From the sequence record PV261924.1: a stretch of DNA of 64,000 nt; one strand, given 5' to 3'. Of the stretch, positions 15,709 through 25,296 are shown piece by piece. Below the pieces are notes generated by a model. It was not told the origin of the DNA. It worked only from the letters and a program-made list of their open reading frames with translations, and made no database searches. A program made the translations under genes and the position numbers. Position 1 is the first letter of the stretch. Every line of letters starts with the position of its first letter.

Positions 15709-16401
15709 TTAATTACGATGGTTTTTTCTGATAATCTTGTCCTGTAAATTGTGCAAGATAAAGTATGGATCTTTACTTGCGTCTTCTAGATTTTCATGAT
15801 AAGTTGGTTCAATATAGTTTAACGCACTTGTCAACCCCTGATACATATCATACTCAAACGGATCTTTGAGTTGTGAATGTGTCCAGAATATAACTGCATC
15901 TCTATGTCCTTTAGTGACAGTATTGACCCTATGAGGTGTTCCAGTTTTATACGTGACTGAACTACCTGCAGGTGGTTTGAATTTTACTTCTTCACCATTG
16001 ATCCACAAACATAGTTCTCCTCCCTCAAAGTCATCATTGAGAAATATCGTTGTACTAAAATCACCAAGTTGAGCATGATCATGATGAGGTTTATAAAACC
16101 CTCCAACTTCAGTTCTACTTACTAGTGGAGTTGCACTATTTCTTGCAACAGTAAACTCAATAAACTTAATCCTCGTATCCATTCTACTGAAGACAATATC
16201 AGACAAGGATTGGTTACCCTGTGAAGTAAACTCACATTGAAAGTTTGTCTTAATCTTTAATTTTTCTTCGTCACTACTATCAGATTGGACACTCTGATGA
16301 CCATCGACCCAAACAGACTCAATATCAATCAACCGATAGATTTCATTGATATCATTTTCAGTAAGATTATTTTCAATCAGAAGATAGTCTGTCATACCCA
16401 T
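15709..16401 (-). CDS. 2OG-Fe(II) oxygenase (PKHD/YbiX-like)
   Basis: FYKPHHD (HxD), TTIFLN..FEGGEL, HRVNTVTKGHR. Confidence 0.85.
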   Translation of the reverse strand: MGMTDYLLIENNLTENDINEIYRLIDIESVWVDGHQSVQSDSSDEEKLKIKTNFQCEFTSQGNQSLSDIVFSRMDTRIKFIEFTVARNSATPLVSRTEVGGFYKPHHDHAQLGDFSTTIFLNDDFEGGELCLWINGEEVKFKPPAGSSVTYKTGTPHRVNTVTKGHRDAVIFWTHSQLKDPFEYDMYQGLTSALNYIEPTYHENLEDASKDPYFILHNLQDKIIRKNHRN

Positions 16402-16916
16402 TCAGGTTTACGATCTGGGATACGAAGATAGTTATCTTTTACCCAGGGTTTAGATGCAATATACATTTTATACGCATCAAATGTAGAAATACTTGTATCG
16501 TACTTGAATTCTTCAGGCATGGCACGAACAAACGGTGTGTGTGTTCCACTTCTTCCTGTAGGATCACCTGTAGGAAGTATTTCTTTTGCTGCAAGAAGAG
16601 AATGAAAACAAGTATGAATTTTACCATACCTCATCTTGTATTCATCACACAAAGCGATACCGTGGTGAAGTAACCATTGCCAGTTCATCACGAACTCACT
16701 TGCCCAGATGGTACAGGGATGGTTACGGAAGGCACCCTTCTCGGTGCTGTAAGGGGTTCCGTCGGCCTTAGGGATGGTCCCAAACCCATGACCCCATTTG
16801 TCTGAACAGACGATAGACAACATCTGACAGGTCTCTAGAGGCATCTTGACAATATGTTTGTCAGGGAGAACTTTGGCAGACTCCCATGGACATTCACTGG
16901 TTACAAAGATATTCAT
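16392..16916 (-). CDS. Pyrimidine-dimer glycosylase (DenV)-related protein
   Basis: MNIFV...DKHIVKMPLE..QML...HPCTIW...L..EY..RYGK.H pattern. Confidence 0.7.
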   Translation of the reverse strand: MNIFVTSECPWESAKVLPDKHIVKMPLETCQMLSIVCSDKWGHGFGTIPKADGTPYSTEKGAFRNHPCTIWASEFVMNWQWLLHHGIALCDEYKMRYGKIHTCFHSLLAAKEILPTGDPTGRSGTHTPFVRAMPEEFKYDTSISTFDAYKMYIASKPWVKDNYLRIPDRKPEWV

Positions 16917-17248
16917 TCTAAAGGTCTCTTGAAAGTTTCAGAAACTAAATCAGTTGCACCCATTGCCTCGTACATATAAGTTGCACCAGACCTTGGGTTT
17001 GTGTGTTCACCGCATGTAAACACATCACAGACTGCCATACCATTCTCAGGCCATGTGTGGATTGAGATATGAGACTCTGCAAGTAGAGCCACGGCAGTAA
17101 CTCCTTGAGGTTGAAATTTATGGGATTGAATACCAAGGAGTGTACTCTCTGACAACGAGGCAGCATTCGCAAGAACGTTACGAATGTGAGCCTCATCATC
17201 TAATAACCCAAAAGGACAACCCTTCAACGTGAAGAGTATATGTCTCAT
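16913..17248 (-). CDS. speD: S-adenosylmethionine decarboxylase proenzyme
   Basis: LLAESHISIHTWPE (ES self-cleavage site), CDVFTCG. Confidence 0.92.
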   Translation of the reverse strand: MRHILFTLKGCPFGLLDDEAHIRNVLANAASLSESTLLGIQSHKFQPQGVTAVALLAESHISIHTWPENGMAVCDVFTCGEHTNPRSGATYMYEAMGATDLVSETFKRPLE

Positions 17249-17913
17249 CAGCCGAAAGTGGAATCAGGTTCCAGAGCAATATAATAGGTCACGTCGATGT
17301 TCTGATTCTGGAAACGGGACAGAAGTTTTTCTGACACAACCACGTCGTAGTTACCAGGAACAATCTTCAGGTTCTCTTCTTTGAAGTTGAATACGAAATC
17401 ATTGTCAGTCTCACCAACAACAATAGAGAAGTCATTAGAAGTATCGTTCTTCTTGTCACGAGCAACAAGTTTGATGACACCAGCTTCACCGATGACAGAG
17501 ATATCGGGAAGTTGATAGACAGATGCAGCCTTCTTCAGTTTCTCCAGTTGTTGACTGGTCAGTTGGAAACAAACATCTTCAGTCGGAAGAGTAATCTCTT
17601 TCTCAGGAGGTGCAACGATCACAGACGGATCTGCAAAGAAATACTTAGAACGGGAACGACCTTCTTTGATCACAACGTACTGATCATTGTCAAAATCAAG
17701 ATCGGGACTTTGATGAAGAGACAGACCATTGAGGAACTGGTTCAGATCGTAGATACCGAAGTCTTTAGGGAACTGTTCGGATACATTGGCTTCAACCAGG
17801 ATGTTCTTCATCACTGAGATAGAACGCAGTTTCTGTCCCTCTTTGAACAGGATAGACTGGTTGATCGAAGAGAAGTTCTTCAGGAGAGATACAGTAGATT
17901 CAGAAAGTTTCAT
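17248..17913 (-). CDS. 45: Sliding clamp gp45
   Basis: MKLSESTVSLLKNFSSINQS...FGIYDLNQFL...YYIALE; start trimmed to MKLS. Confidence 0.93.
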   Translation of the reverse strand: MKLSESTVSLLKNFSSINQSILFKEGQKLRSISVMKNILVEANVSEQFPKDFGIYDLNQFLNGLSLHQSPDLDFDNDQYVVIKEGRSRSKYFFADPSVIVAPPEKEITLPTEDVCFQLTSQQLEKLKKAASVYQLPDISVIGEAGVIKLVARDKKNDTSNDFSIVVGETDNDFVFNFKEENLKIVPGNYDVVVSEKLLSRFQNQNIDVTYYIALEPDSTFG

Positions 17914-18313
17914 AATTACCTTTTGGTTGCTTGTTGATGCCAGAGAAATGATAGAGGAGGATACAATAGTGGATTGCTTTGAGGATGTCAAGTTTAGACT
18001 TGCCTTCCTTCTTACCAAACCGTGAGAGATACTTTATAGCGTTGGATCGACAGAATGCTTCTGAGTCACCGATACTGTCGATCAGATCAAGTGTCTGAGT
18101 CTTGTTGTCGTTTGCGTAATGTGCTTTGTACGTACCACCAAGATAGTCACGGATTTCTTTTAGGATTACATCCTCCTCATATTTCCAGAAACCATTATCA
18201 TTATTCAAATTCAAATCCATTTTAAATTCATTAACAGGTGTAAGAGGAGTATACTCAAACCCCTCCTCAGGTAGCTCATTCATTACATCATACAATAAGG
18301 ACCATGAGATCAT
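17900..18313 (-). CDS. DUF3310-like protein
   Basis: HY...FCRSNAIKYLSRFGKKEG...DILKAIHY; start trimmed to follow the MoxR stop. Confidence 0.75.
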   Translation of the reverse strand: MISWSLLYDVMNELPEEGFEYTPLTPVNEFKMDLNLNNDNGFWKYEEDVILKEIRDYLGGTYKAHYANDNKTQTLDLIDSIGDSEAFCRSNAIKYLSRFGKKEGKSKLDILKAIHYCILLYHFSGINKQPKGNYETF

Positions 18314-18317
18314 TCTA

Positions 18318-19406
18318 TCAACTTTCCATAGTGTTGTCAACATTAAGGACATCAATACTGTCAGTATTCATGGTGAAGTCTGCGTCCACTTTGTCATACA
18401 GTTCCAGGAATGCAGACTTGGTTTCATCGTCGAATCGATTGATACAAACTTGAATGGCTTTGGCTTTATCACCAAAGATAGAGTATGCACGGACGATATG
18501 AACCAGACGACGGGTAGAGATAATCTCATCAATACCACCATCGTAGAAGGTCTTACGAATGATGTCAGCCCAGTCTACCAGGTGCTTACAGAAGTCTTTG
18601 TCATCACAACCAGACTCAAGAATTTTCTGTTCTGTAGCAGGAGTCGGGTAAGACTGTTCAAAGGTCACACAGAAACGCTCAAGGAATGCTTCGTTGAGAA
18701 CATTGGTACCAATGAACCGACCATCTTCAGAACCTTTACCCTTAGTGTTGGCAGTGGCAATGACTTGGAAACCTTCGGCAGGTTTGACAAACTTACCAAT
18801 CTTCTTAAGGAAGACACCCTTACCTTCGAGAATAGATTGGAGACACAGGATCTTGTTAGATGCCAGGTCAACTTCATCTAGAAGTAGTACAGCTCCCCTT
18901 TCCAGAGCCTCGATGACGGGTCCGTTATGCCAAACAGTTTCACCATTAACAAGACGAAAGCCACCAATAAGATCATCCTCATCAGTCTCGATCGTAATGT
19001 TGACACGGATCAGTTCCCTCTTGAGTTGGGCACAAGCCTGTTCAACCAAGAACGTTTTACCGTTTCCAGAGAGACCCGTAATGAATGAAGGGTAGAAAAG
19101 ACGGGACTTAATAATTTTTTTGATATCGCTGAAGTTACCAAAAGTGACGAAGGAATCATCTTTCTGAGGAATCAGGTCTTGTTCGATTGCAGGAAGAGCA
19201 GCAGGTGCTTGATAGTTTTGTTCCAGTTTCTCTTGAACCGTCAGGTTCCACTTACCACGACCAACTTTGTAGTCATTGAGTTTCTTAGTGACAGTCTGAT
19301 AACTTACGTCATTCATGGCACACCATCCACGAATATCACCAGTGGTGACCTCAGGTCCGTAGGTGTCTTGAAGAGAAGCAATGATGGAAGAAGTAGTGAG
19401 TGCCAT
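18318..19406 (-). CDS. MoxR/CobS-like AAA+ ATPase
   Basis: GLSGNGKT, LLLDEVD, ATANTKG, AFLERF, STRRL. Start at 19406 because the ATG at 19427 sits at the predicted promoter. Confidence 0.88.
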   Translation of the reverse strand: MALTTSSIIASLQDTYGPEVTTGDIRGWCAMNDVSYQTVTKKLNDYKVGRGKWNLTVQEKLEQNYQAPAALPAIEQDLIPQKDDSFVTFGNFSDIKKIIKSRLFYPSFITGLSGNGKTFLVEQACAQLKRELIRVNITIETDEDDLIGGFRLVNGETVWHNGPVIEALERGAVLLLDEVDLASNKILCLQSILEGKGVFLKKIGKFVKPAEGFQVIATANTKGKGSEDGRFIGTNVLNEAFLERFCVTFEQSYPTPATEQKILESGCDDKDFCKHLVDWADIIRKTFYDGGIDEIISTRRLVHIVRAYSIFGDKAKAIQVCINRFDDETKSAFLELYDKVDADFTMNTDSIDVLNVDNTMES

Positions 19407-19426
19407 AACGTGGTGTGTGTTCAACA

Positions 19427-19476
19427 TAGCTATAATACGACAAAACCACCCGTCTGACCGAGTGGTTGTGACAGTT
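19427..19476 (-). promoter_or_regulatory. Promoter-like element, copy A (AACTGTC box, hairpin, TATTAT)
   Basis: AACTGTCAC AACCAC..GTGGTT TTGTCG TATTAT AGCTA; near-copy at 21626-21675. Confidence 0.6.
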
Positions 19477-19487
19477 GTCCGATTGGC

Positions 19488-21608
19488 TCAACTGATGATG
19501 TCAACAAACTGACTCAATACCTTTCTATTTAGAGACTTGGCGTTAAGATTTTTAACAAAAGCAGATTTGATCTTTGCCTTGGTTGCTCCTTCTTCTACAT
19601 CAAACTCAGTGTCATTATCAAGAGAAGAAGAAAGAATACCAAAGTAAGAAGTGTAACCACTGGTCTTGATTACAATCGACTTGTCCTTTTTGACCTTCTT
19701 GTAAGACTCTTCAGTCATGGTCTTATCATAACGACGACAAAACCCTTTGAAATCAGAGTTACTTGACAGACGGAAACCAATCACATTGACACCAGGATTC
19801 ATTTGTTTCAAGTCCTCAAGAAGAATCTCAGTGAACTTGTAAAACTCTGAGTTAATTTGATAGGTATGTCCAGTTTTACGATTACGGATGAAATCACCCA
19901 TATAACAACGACCAGAACCCATACGTTCATCATCATAGTAATGATTTGTCTTGTAGTAAGGAAGGGGATTTGCCTCACCATCAGTCAGAATTACAGTGTT
20001 AACTTTTTGAACTTTATGTTTCTGTTGGAACTGAGGAATGATTTTGTGTAGACAAACGATAGCCTCATTCAAAGGTGTGCCAGAAAGACTATATCCGTGG
20101 GGAATCATATAATCTACCCAACGAACAGTAGCATATACAATACGCCACAGAGACTTCATCTGTTTATCAAGTTCTTTCTTATTCACATCACTGGTCAAGA
20201 AGTGAAGAAGATTGAAATCAGGGTTTACAATCATATCAAACTCTTTGACCTCTTGAATAGGACTATCAAGATACTCTTGAAACTTAGATTCTTTCAGGTA
20301 ACTGTTAGTAAAGGCATAAACATCAAAGGGAATATTGACCTTATTACAGAACATAACCAGATTGAACAACTGTTTGGTAGTTTCAAGCAAACAATCAGCC
20401 ATGGAACCAGACCAATCCAGAATAAAGATTAGACCGTGGTTTTTACCATCAGGAATGACATTCACCTTCCTGAAGAGATCTTCATTGTATTTGTAGGTAT
20501 GGAGTTTAGTACAATCGAGAGTACCAGTCTTAGACGTGAATGAACGAGAGTAAGCATCGGCAGACTTCTTACACTCAAACTCCTTCACAAGATAGTTGAC
20601 TTCTTTCTGTGCAGACTTCTTGTATTTTTCATACTCTTTGTCAGCAATATCAAAGTTTCTTGGTTCCGTCGTCCTCGTCTTTTCACAGTATGCATCGTAA
20701 TACTCTTTTAGAGTCAACTGATCGATCCAAGATTCATTCAGTTCTTCATGAATAGCTTTGTTAGATACAATAACCTTTTCAACATCAACAGATGGGACCT
20801 CAAGATAACTTGAAGATGGCATACCAGGTTTGATATCACCATTAAATTCTTCTTTACCAGACTCAAACATGTCGTCAGTATGAACTTCAAGATCGGGAGA
20901 GTTCTTATTCATACGACCCTCTGACATATCTTCAAGTTCACCAAAGTTCTCTTCATTCTCTTCTTCACGACGTTCAGCTTCTTCTTGCATCTCTTCATGA
21001 GTCATTTCCTCACCACCTGTATTAGACGGATTAGGAAGAGAAATTGCTTCAGGTTTTTTATTGTCAAAACCACCCTTCACAAACTTGAAGAGTTCTTCGG
21101 CAACCAGAACAGCATCGGCAAAGGTCTCAGTGTTTGCCATCATATCAATGAACTTCATCTCTTCATCAGAGATAGGAACCTCAGCAAAGTTACCAATCTT
21201 GAAGTAAAGGTTGGCACGGTCAGCCAGATTGTAAGTAGAAATATCATCATCCTCAAGACCAAAGAAATCGTCTTCTGCGAGTTCTTGATAACCTTTGTAA
21301 AAACTTTTCGCCAGACCAGGATACCGACGTTTCATCAGTTTCTCAATACGTGCATCTTCAACCACGTTGACAAACTGTTTAGGAATACGATCTTCCCATG
21401 ACCAGTCATTAGGAGTGAACAGAGCGTGTCCAACCTCATGACCCACCAACATATCGTATACAGTGTTAGACGCCCTCTTCCACATCGGGAGGGTCAACAC
21501 ACGACGTTCTACATCAAACTGTGCGGTCTCCACGTTACGGTTCTCAACCACCATGTTCTCAGTGGCTAGAAGTTTGGCAAGTTGGGATTTGATTTCGTAA
21601 TTGATCAT
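19488..21608 (-). CDS. CobT-like protein with an HExxH motif and a vWA domain
   Basis: HEVGH, NVVEDARIE, MIDAS FILDWSGSM, GTPL, LTDGE; paired with MoxR. Confidence 0.85.
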   Translation of the reverse strand: MINYEIKSQLAKLLATENMVVENRNVETAQFDVERRVLTLPMWKRASNTVYDMLVGHEVGHALFTPNDWSWEDRIPKQFVNVVEDARIEKLMKRRYPGLAKSFYKGYQELAEDDFFGLEDDDISTYNLADRANLYFKIGNFAEVPISDEEMKFIDMMANTETFADAVLVAEELFKFVKGGFDNKKPEAISLPNPSNTGGEEMTHEEMQEEAERREEENEENFGELEDMSEGRMNKNSPDLEVHTDDMFESGKEEFNGDIKPGMPSSSYLEVPSVDVEKVIVSNKAIHEELNESWIDQLTLKEYYDAYCEKTRTTEPRNFDIADKEYEKYKKSAQKEVNYLVKEFECKKSADAYSRSFTSKTGTLDCTKLHTYKYNEDLFRKVNVIPDGKNHGLIFILDWSGSMADCLLETTKQLFNLVMFCNKVNIPFDVYAFTNSYLKESKFQEYLDSPIQEVKEFDMIVNPDFNLLHFLTSDVNKKELDKQMKSLWRIVYATVRWVDYMIPHGYSLSGTPLNEAIVCLHKIIPQFQQKHKVQKVNTVILTDGEANPLPYYKTNHYYDDERMGSGRCYMGDFIRNRKTGHTYQINSEFYKFTEILLEDLKQMNPGVNVIGFRLSSNSDFKGFCRRYDKTMTEESYKKVKKDKSIVIKTSGYTSYFGILSSSLDNDTEFDVEEGATKAKIKSAFVKNLNAKSLNRKVLSQFVDIIS

Positions 21609-21625
21609 GGTGGTCTGTCTCGATG

Positions 21626-21675
21626 TAGCTACAATACAACGAAACCCACCTGTTTCACGGGTAGGTCGGACAGTT
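21626..21675 (-). promoter_or_regulatory. Promoter-like element, copy B
   Basis: AACTGTCC G ACCTAC..GTGGGT TTCGTTG TATTGT AGCTA; same 50-nt span as copy A. Confidence 0.6.
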
Positions 21676-21698
21676 TATATATTGGCACATGCACCAAA

Positions 21699-21720
21699 CC
21701 CGACCTTTTAAGGGGTCGGG
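21699..21720 (-). terminator. Probable terminator hairpin
   Basis: CCCGACC-N8-GGTCGGG with a short T tail. Confidence 0.5.
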
Positions 21721-21748
21721 TCTTCGGTCAGTATTCTCCGTTTAAAAA

Positions 21749-21919
21749 TTAATCTGTTGTTAGGACGTGTCTACAGAACCTCCTGGCGGAACTATCTATG
21801 ATACCACATTCTGAAATGCATTGGAAGTATTCGGATACTTGATCATATTTGTCATCAACAGTTAGTTTTTCATCCCACTCCCAGGATGCAAGTTCATTAC
21901 GTGAGACAAGATTTTTCAT
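21749..21919 (-). CDS. Small Cys-containing protein, 56 aa
   Basis: GGAGGT RBS before MKNLVS...QCISEC...RRFC; the ORF-track extension to 22027 overlaps gp46 and is unlikely. Confidence 0.7.
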   Translation of the reverse strand: MKNLVSRNELASWEWDEKLTVDDKYDQVSEYFQCISECGIIDSSARRFCRHVLTTD

Positions 21920-21992
21920 CATCACCTCCAAATCACATATTATATAGAGATGTTTGTGTAACTTCACGAACATTTGTGTTATTGTTACTTTA

Positions 21993-23702
21993 TTAAATTT
22001 TTCTTGAGAAACCTTTATGTTTTTCAAACTTGACTACATTTTCAAACTTATCGTCCATACCAGTTTTGTGACTGATAACGAATATGTTTGCGTCTTTGAT
22101 AGTGTATCGAATAATTTTGAGGAACTCATCCGTTCCAAAACCGTCTAGTGAACTATCGAAGACCTCATCCATAATGAGGAGATTTGTATTGACTGAGTTC
22201 TTGACCCTTGCAATTTCCCTCCAAGTGAATAGTAGTGCTAGGTCAATTCTCATTTTCTCCCCTTCACTAAATGACGGATAAGAAAAGTCTTCGTGAATGG
22301 GAGATTCTACAGTTTCGTTGAATTCTTCATCAAGTTTGAAATTAATGTAAAAGTCCATCATCTGTAGATACTTATTAACTTGTTGGTTGATAAGTGGTAG
22401 ATACTTTTTGATGATCTTTGCTTTTACACCACCGTCTTTGAGCAGACTATAGATGAAATCGTGGTAAGAAATATTGTCCTTGTGCTTTACCAGTTCATCA
22501 TATGTCTTATCAAGACTATCTCGTAAGGTTTCTAACTTCTCATGCTCAGAATTTCGGTTCTCGATCTGACTGGTAACAGTTTGAATTTCTGATTCCAGTC
22601 CCCTGATCTGTCGTTGAAAACCAGAGATCTGTACATTGAAAGAAGAAATGTCATTAAGTGTTTCTGAGATTTTAGTGGATACAGTTTTAAAATGTGATTC
22701 CCTCAGTTCTTCATCTTTAATCGCCGATTGGAGTTTTTCAAACCCTTCTCTGAGCTCTTCTGCCTTAGATTGGGAATCACTAATTCTATTTACTCTAAAC
22801 AACTCCTCAATGTCCTGATTACAGGTAGGACAAACCGTATTCTCAGTAAAAAATTTATGTTCCTTGACAATACTTTGTATACGTTGAGACAGTTTACCTT
22901 TGATACTACCAAACTCCCTCAATCTATCCTGGGCATTATCAACAGTTTTCAACTCCTTTTGAAGGTACTCCAATACTTCTTCTTGTTCAAAACTCTGTTT
23001 GAAGCATCTCTCAATTTCTTGATTCAGACCCTCAATCTTATCAGTCTTCTTCTTGATAGTATCCTTACTCTGACTCTCAATCTTTTCGATAAAGTCTTTT
23101 TGCATATCGACCTTATCTTTCAAGTTCTCCTTCTTCAGTTCTAGAGTCCTGACCTCATCACGAATACCACGTATCTTACCTTTGATGACATCATTCATCG
23201 AAGAGAAGATTTTGATATCCAATAGATCTTCTACCACTTCTCTACGTGCAGAGGTGGGGAGTTGCATAAACGGAACAAAGGTAGAAGAACCCAGGATCAC
23301 AATCTGTGTAAATGACTTGTAGTTCATCTTCAACACATTCTGTTCCAACCACTTCTGTTGATCTAATGCAGATGCAGATTGATCCAACTCTTCATCATTA
23401 CGATAGATCTTGAAGATGTTTGGTTTGATTCCACGTTGAATCTTCCACTGAACAGAGTTCACGTCAAACTCAATCTCCACAAGACAAGCCTTCTCGTTTG
23501 TAGAGTTAATCAACTGTGCTTTATTGATCTTACGAAAAGACTTACCATACAGAACAAAAGTCAGTGCATCAAGAATGGTGGACTTACCTGCACCATTCGA
23601 TCCAATGATTAATGTCGTACTTGTTTCGTTAAGATTGACTTCTGTTGGGTGGTTCCCCGTTGATAAAAAGTTTTGCCACTTAATCTTTTTGAAAACTATC
23701 AT
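21993..23702 (-). CDS. 46: Recombination endonuclease subunit gp46 (SbcC/Rad50-like)
   Basis: GSNGAGKST, CPTC zinc hook, FSEGEK, LLIMDEVFDSSLD. Confidence 0.95.
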   Translation of the reverse strand: MIVFKKIKWQNFLSTGNHPTEVNLNETSTTLIIGSNGAGKSTILDALTFVLYGKSFRKINKAQLINSTNEKACLVEIEFDVNSVQWKIQRGIKPNIFKIYRNDEELDQSASALDQQKWLEQNVLKMNYKSFTQIVILGSSTFVPFMQLPTSARREVVEDLLDIKIFSSMNDVIKGKIRGIRDEVRTLELKKENLKDKVDMQKDFIEKIESQSKDTIKKKTDKIEGLNQEIERCFKQSFEQEEVLEYLQKELKTVDNAQDRLREFGSIKGKLSQRIQSIVKEHKFFTENTVCPTCNQDIEELFRVNRISDSQSKAEELREGFEKLQSAIKDEELRESHFKTVSTKISETLNDISSFNVQISGFQRQIRGLESEIQTVTSQIENRNSEHEKLETLRDSLDKTYDELVKHKDNISYHDFIYSLLKDGGVKAKIIKKYLPLINQQVNKYLQMMDFYINFKLDEEFNETVESPIHEDFSYPSFSEGEKMRIDLALLFTWREIARVKNSVNTNLLIMDEVFDSSLDGFGTDEFLKIIRYTIKDANIFVISHKTGMDDKFENVVKFEKHKGFSRKI

Positions 23703-23961
23703 ATTCAGAATCAGGGGGAATCACAATGTCGTCTGAGGTTATTACAGTATATCTGTGATCATGCATCTCACAGGTCTTGATCATTATCTCATCATCTACT
23801 TCTAACACATTCATCTCAGGATAGTCAAGTTCTTCCAGTTGTATGGCATACCTTTCTGCGTCGTCTTCTTCACAGAAGATATAAAGAACCTGTTCACCCT
23901 GTTCATCAACTACAGAGTAGGCACCTTCTTTTTCTTTACCAGCAACTGTAATGATGAACAT
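23680..23961 (-). CDS. Hypothetical protein, 93 aa
   Basis: ORF track; lies between gp47 and gp46. Confidence 0.8.
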   Translation of the reverse strand: MFIITVAGKEKEGAYSVVDEQGEQVLYIFCEEDDAERYAIQLEELDYPEMNVLEVDDEIMIKTCEMHDHRYTVITSDDIVIPPDSEYDSFQKD

Positions 23962-25001
23962 TATACGACCTCACACGCCTCTTGGTATATTTCTTTGATG
24001 AGAGACTGAATTACTGTTTTATTTAACTCAGTTTCAGATTCATCAATATACCGACTCAGGATAGACATCGTATCTTCAGACTCTTCTGCTTCAAACTCCT
24101 CTGACTCATCGAGTTGGAAGTTCTCTACAATCTTCAGATCAGCAACACCAGAGGTATAGAGTTTGTCGATGAACTTCTCAAACTTCTTAGTGTCTGTCTT
24201 CTTTCTTACGATGACCTTAACGATTTTATTCTCATACTCAGAGGTATTGAATGTCTGATGGTCAGTGTCTTCGTAGAAGATCTTGTAGAACAGTCTATGA
24301 GGATTGTTTATGGATTGATGTTCCAGGGATTCAGTATCAAAAATAGTGAAGCCTCTGGGACTTTCGACATCATTCCAGAACATTTCATAGGGATTACCAA
24401 GATAGTACACGGTCCCATTGTCGGATCGAGAGTGATAATGTCCCGAAAAGACTTTCCTGAACTTATCAAAGGCTCTTGCGTCGTGACCGTGCTCCATGAT
24501 GTGGCCAGGGGTTGCGACAAACCCGTTAAGTTCGAGGTGTCCCATTGCGACTGGACACTTTGTCTTCTTGATAATGTTGTTGGTTTCTTTTTCGTTCTGT
24601 TCGTTGATCCAAGGAAGGAATAGAATGGGTAGATCACCCACAGATACTTCTGTAGGAGAAGAATAAACCTCAACATTATCATATTCTTTCAGGAGAAGAT
24701 CAACAGCATTGATTTCGTTTGTGTTCTTGTAGTATGCATCATGATTACCGACCATCAGATGCATCTTGATACCACGATCCTTGAGAGGATTAAACACAAC
24801 TCTCTTGGCCCACTTCAGTGATTTGAATTCAATACCCTTTCGGCTATCAAACGCATCACCCATATGAATGACAGTATCAATACCTTCTTTGTCTATGGTT
24901 GGAAAGAAGACATCGTTGTAGAACTTTTCAAAGTAATCGTGAAAGAGTTTAGAACCTTTACGAGCGCCGTAGTGAGTATCAGTTATTATCGCTACTTTCA
25001 T
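23961..25001 (-). CDS. 47: Recombination endonuclease subunit gp47 (SbcD/Mre11-like)
   Basis: DTHYG, GDAFD, GNHD, GHYH metallophosphoesterase motifs. Confidence 0.95.
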   Translation of the reverse strand: MKVAIITDTHYGARKGSKLFHDYFEKFYNDVFFPTIDKEGIDTVIHMGDAFDSRKGIEFKSLKWAKRVVFNPLKDRGIKMHLMVGNHDAYYKNTNEINAVDLLLKEYDNVEVYSSPTEVSVGDLPILFLPWINEQNEKETNNIIKKTKCPVAMGHLELNGFVATPGHIMEHGHDARAFDKFRKVFSGHYHSRSDNGTVYYLGNPYEMFWNDVESPRGFTIFDTESLEHQSINNPHRLFYKIFYEDTDHQTFNTSEYENKIVKVIVRKKTDTKKFEKFIDKLYTSGVADLKIVENFQLDESEEFEAEESEDTMSILSRYIDESETELNKTVIQSLIKEIYQEACEVV

Positions 25002-25296
25002 GTGGATGTCTAGGGTTAAACTCTTCCGTGGGTTGGGATTTGGTCAGATCTCTACGACCTTGGTTCTTGATGACAATGAATGCATCTTTGTTGTACTTAC
25101 GAGTACCAATAGGTGATTGCCACTTCTTATTGTACTCTTCACCAACATCAATACCAGAGACAGCTGTTCCACCAATCTCTACACTAATCTCGTCAAGTTC
25201 ATCCCAACCAAGGGTATTGATTGCTTCCAGTATTTGAGCTTTCACTCTCAAAGGGTTGTACATAACACGTTCTTCTGGATCCAGTTTTCCAATCAT
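24979..25296 (-). CDS. Hypothetical protein, 105 aa
   Basis: ORF track; coupled to the gp55 stop. Confidence 0.75.
   Translation of the reverse strand: MIGKLDPEERVMYNPLRVKAQILEAINTLGWDELDEISVEIGGTAVSGIDVGEEYNKKWQSPIGTRKYNKDAFIVIKNQGRRDLTKSQPTEEFNPRHPHESSDNN

Noticed and set aside
21958-21971. NtcA box (GTA-N8-AAC)
   Set aside because: One half-site is mismatched and the distance to the -10 box is 13 nt rather than the roughly 22 nt of NtcA-activated promoters.
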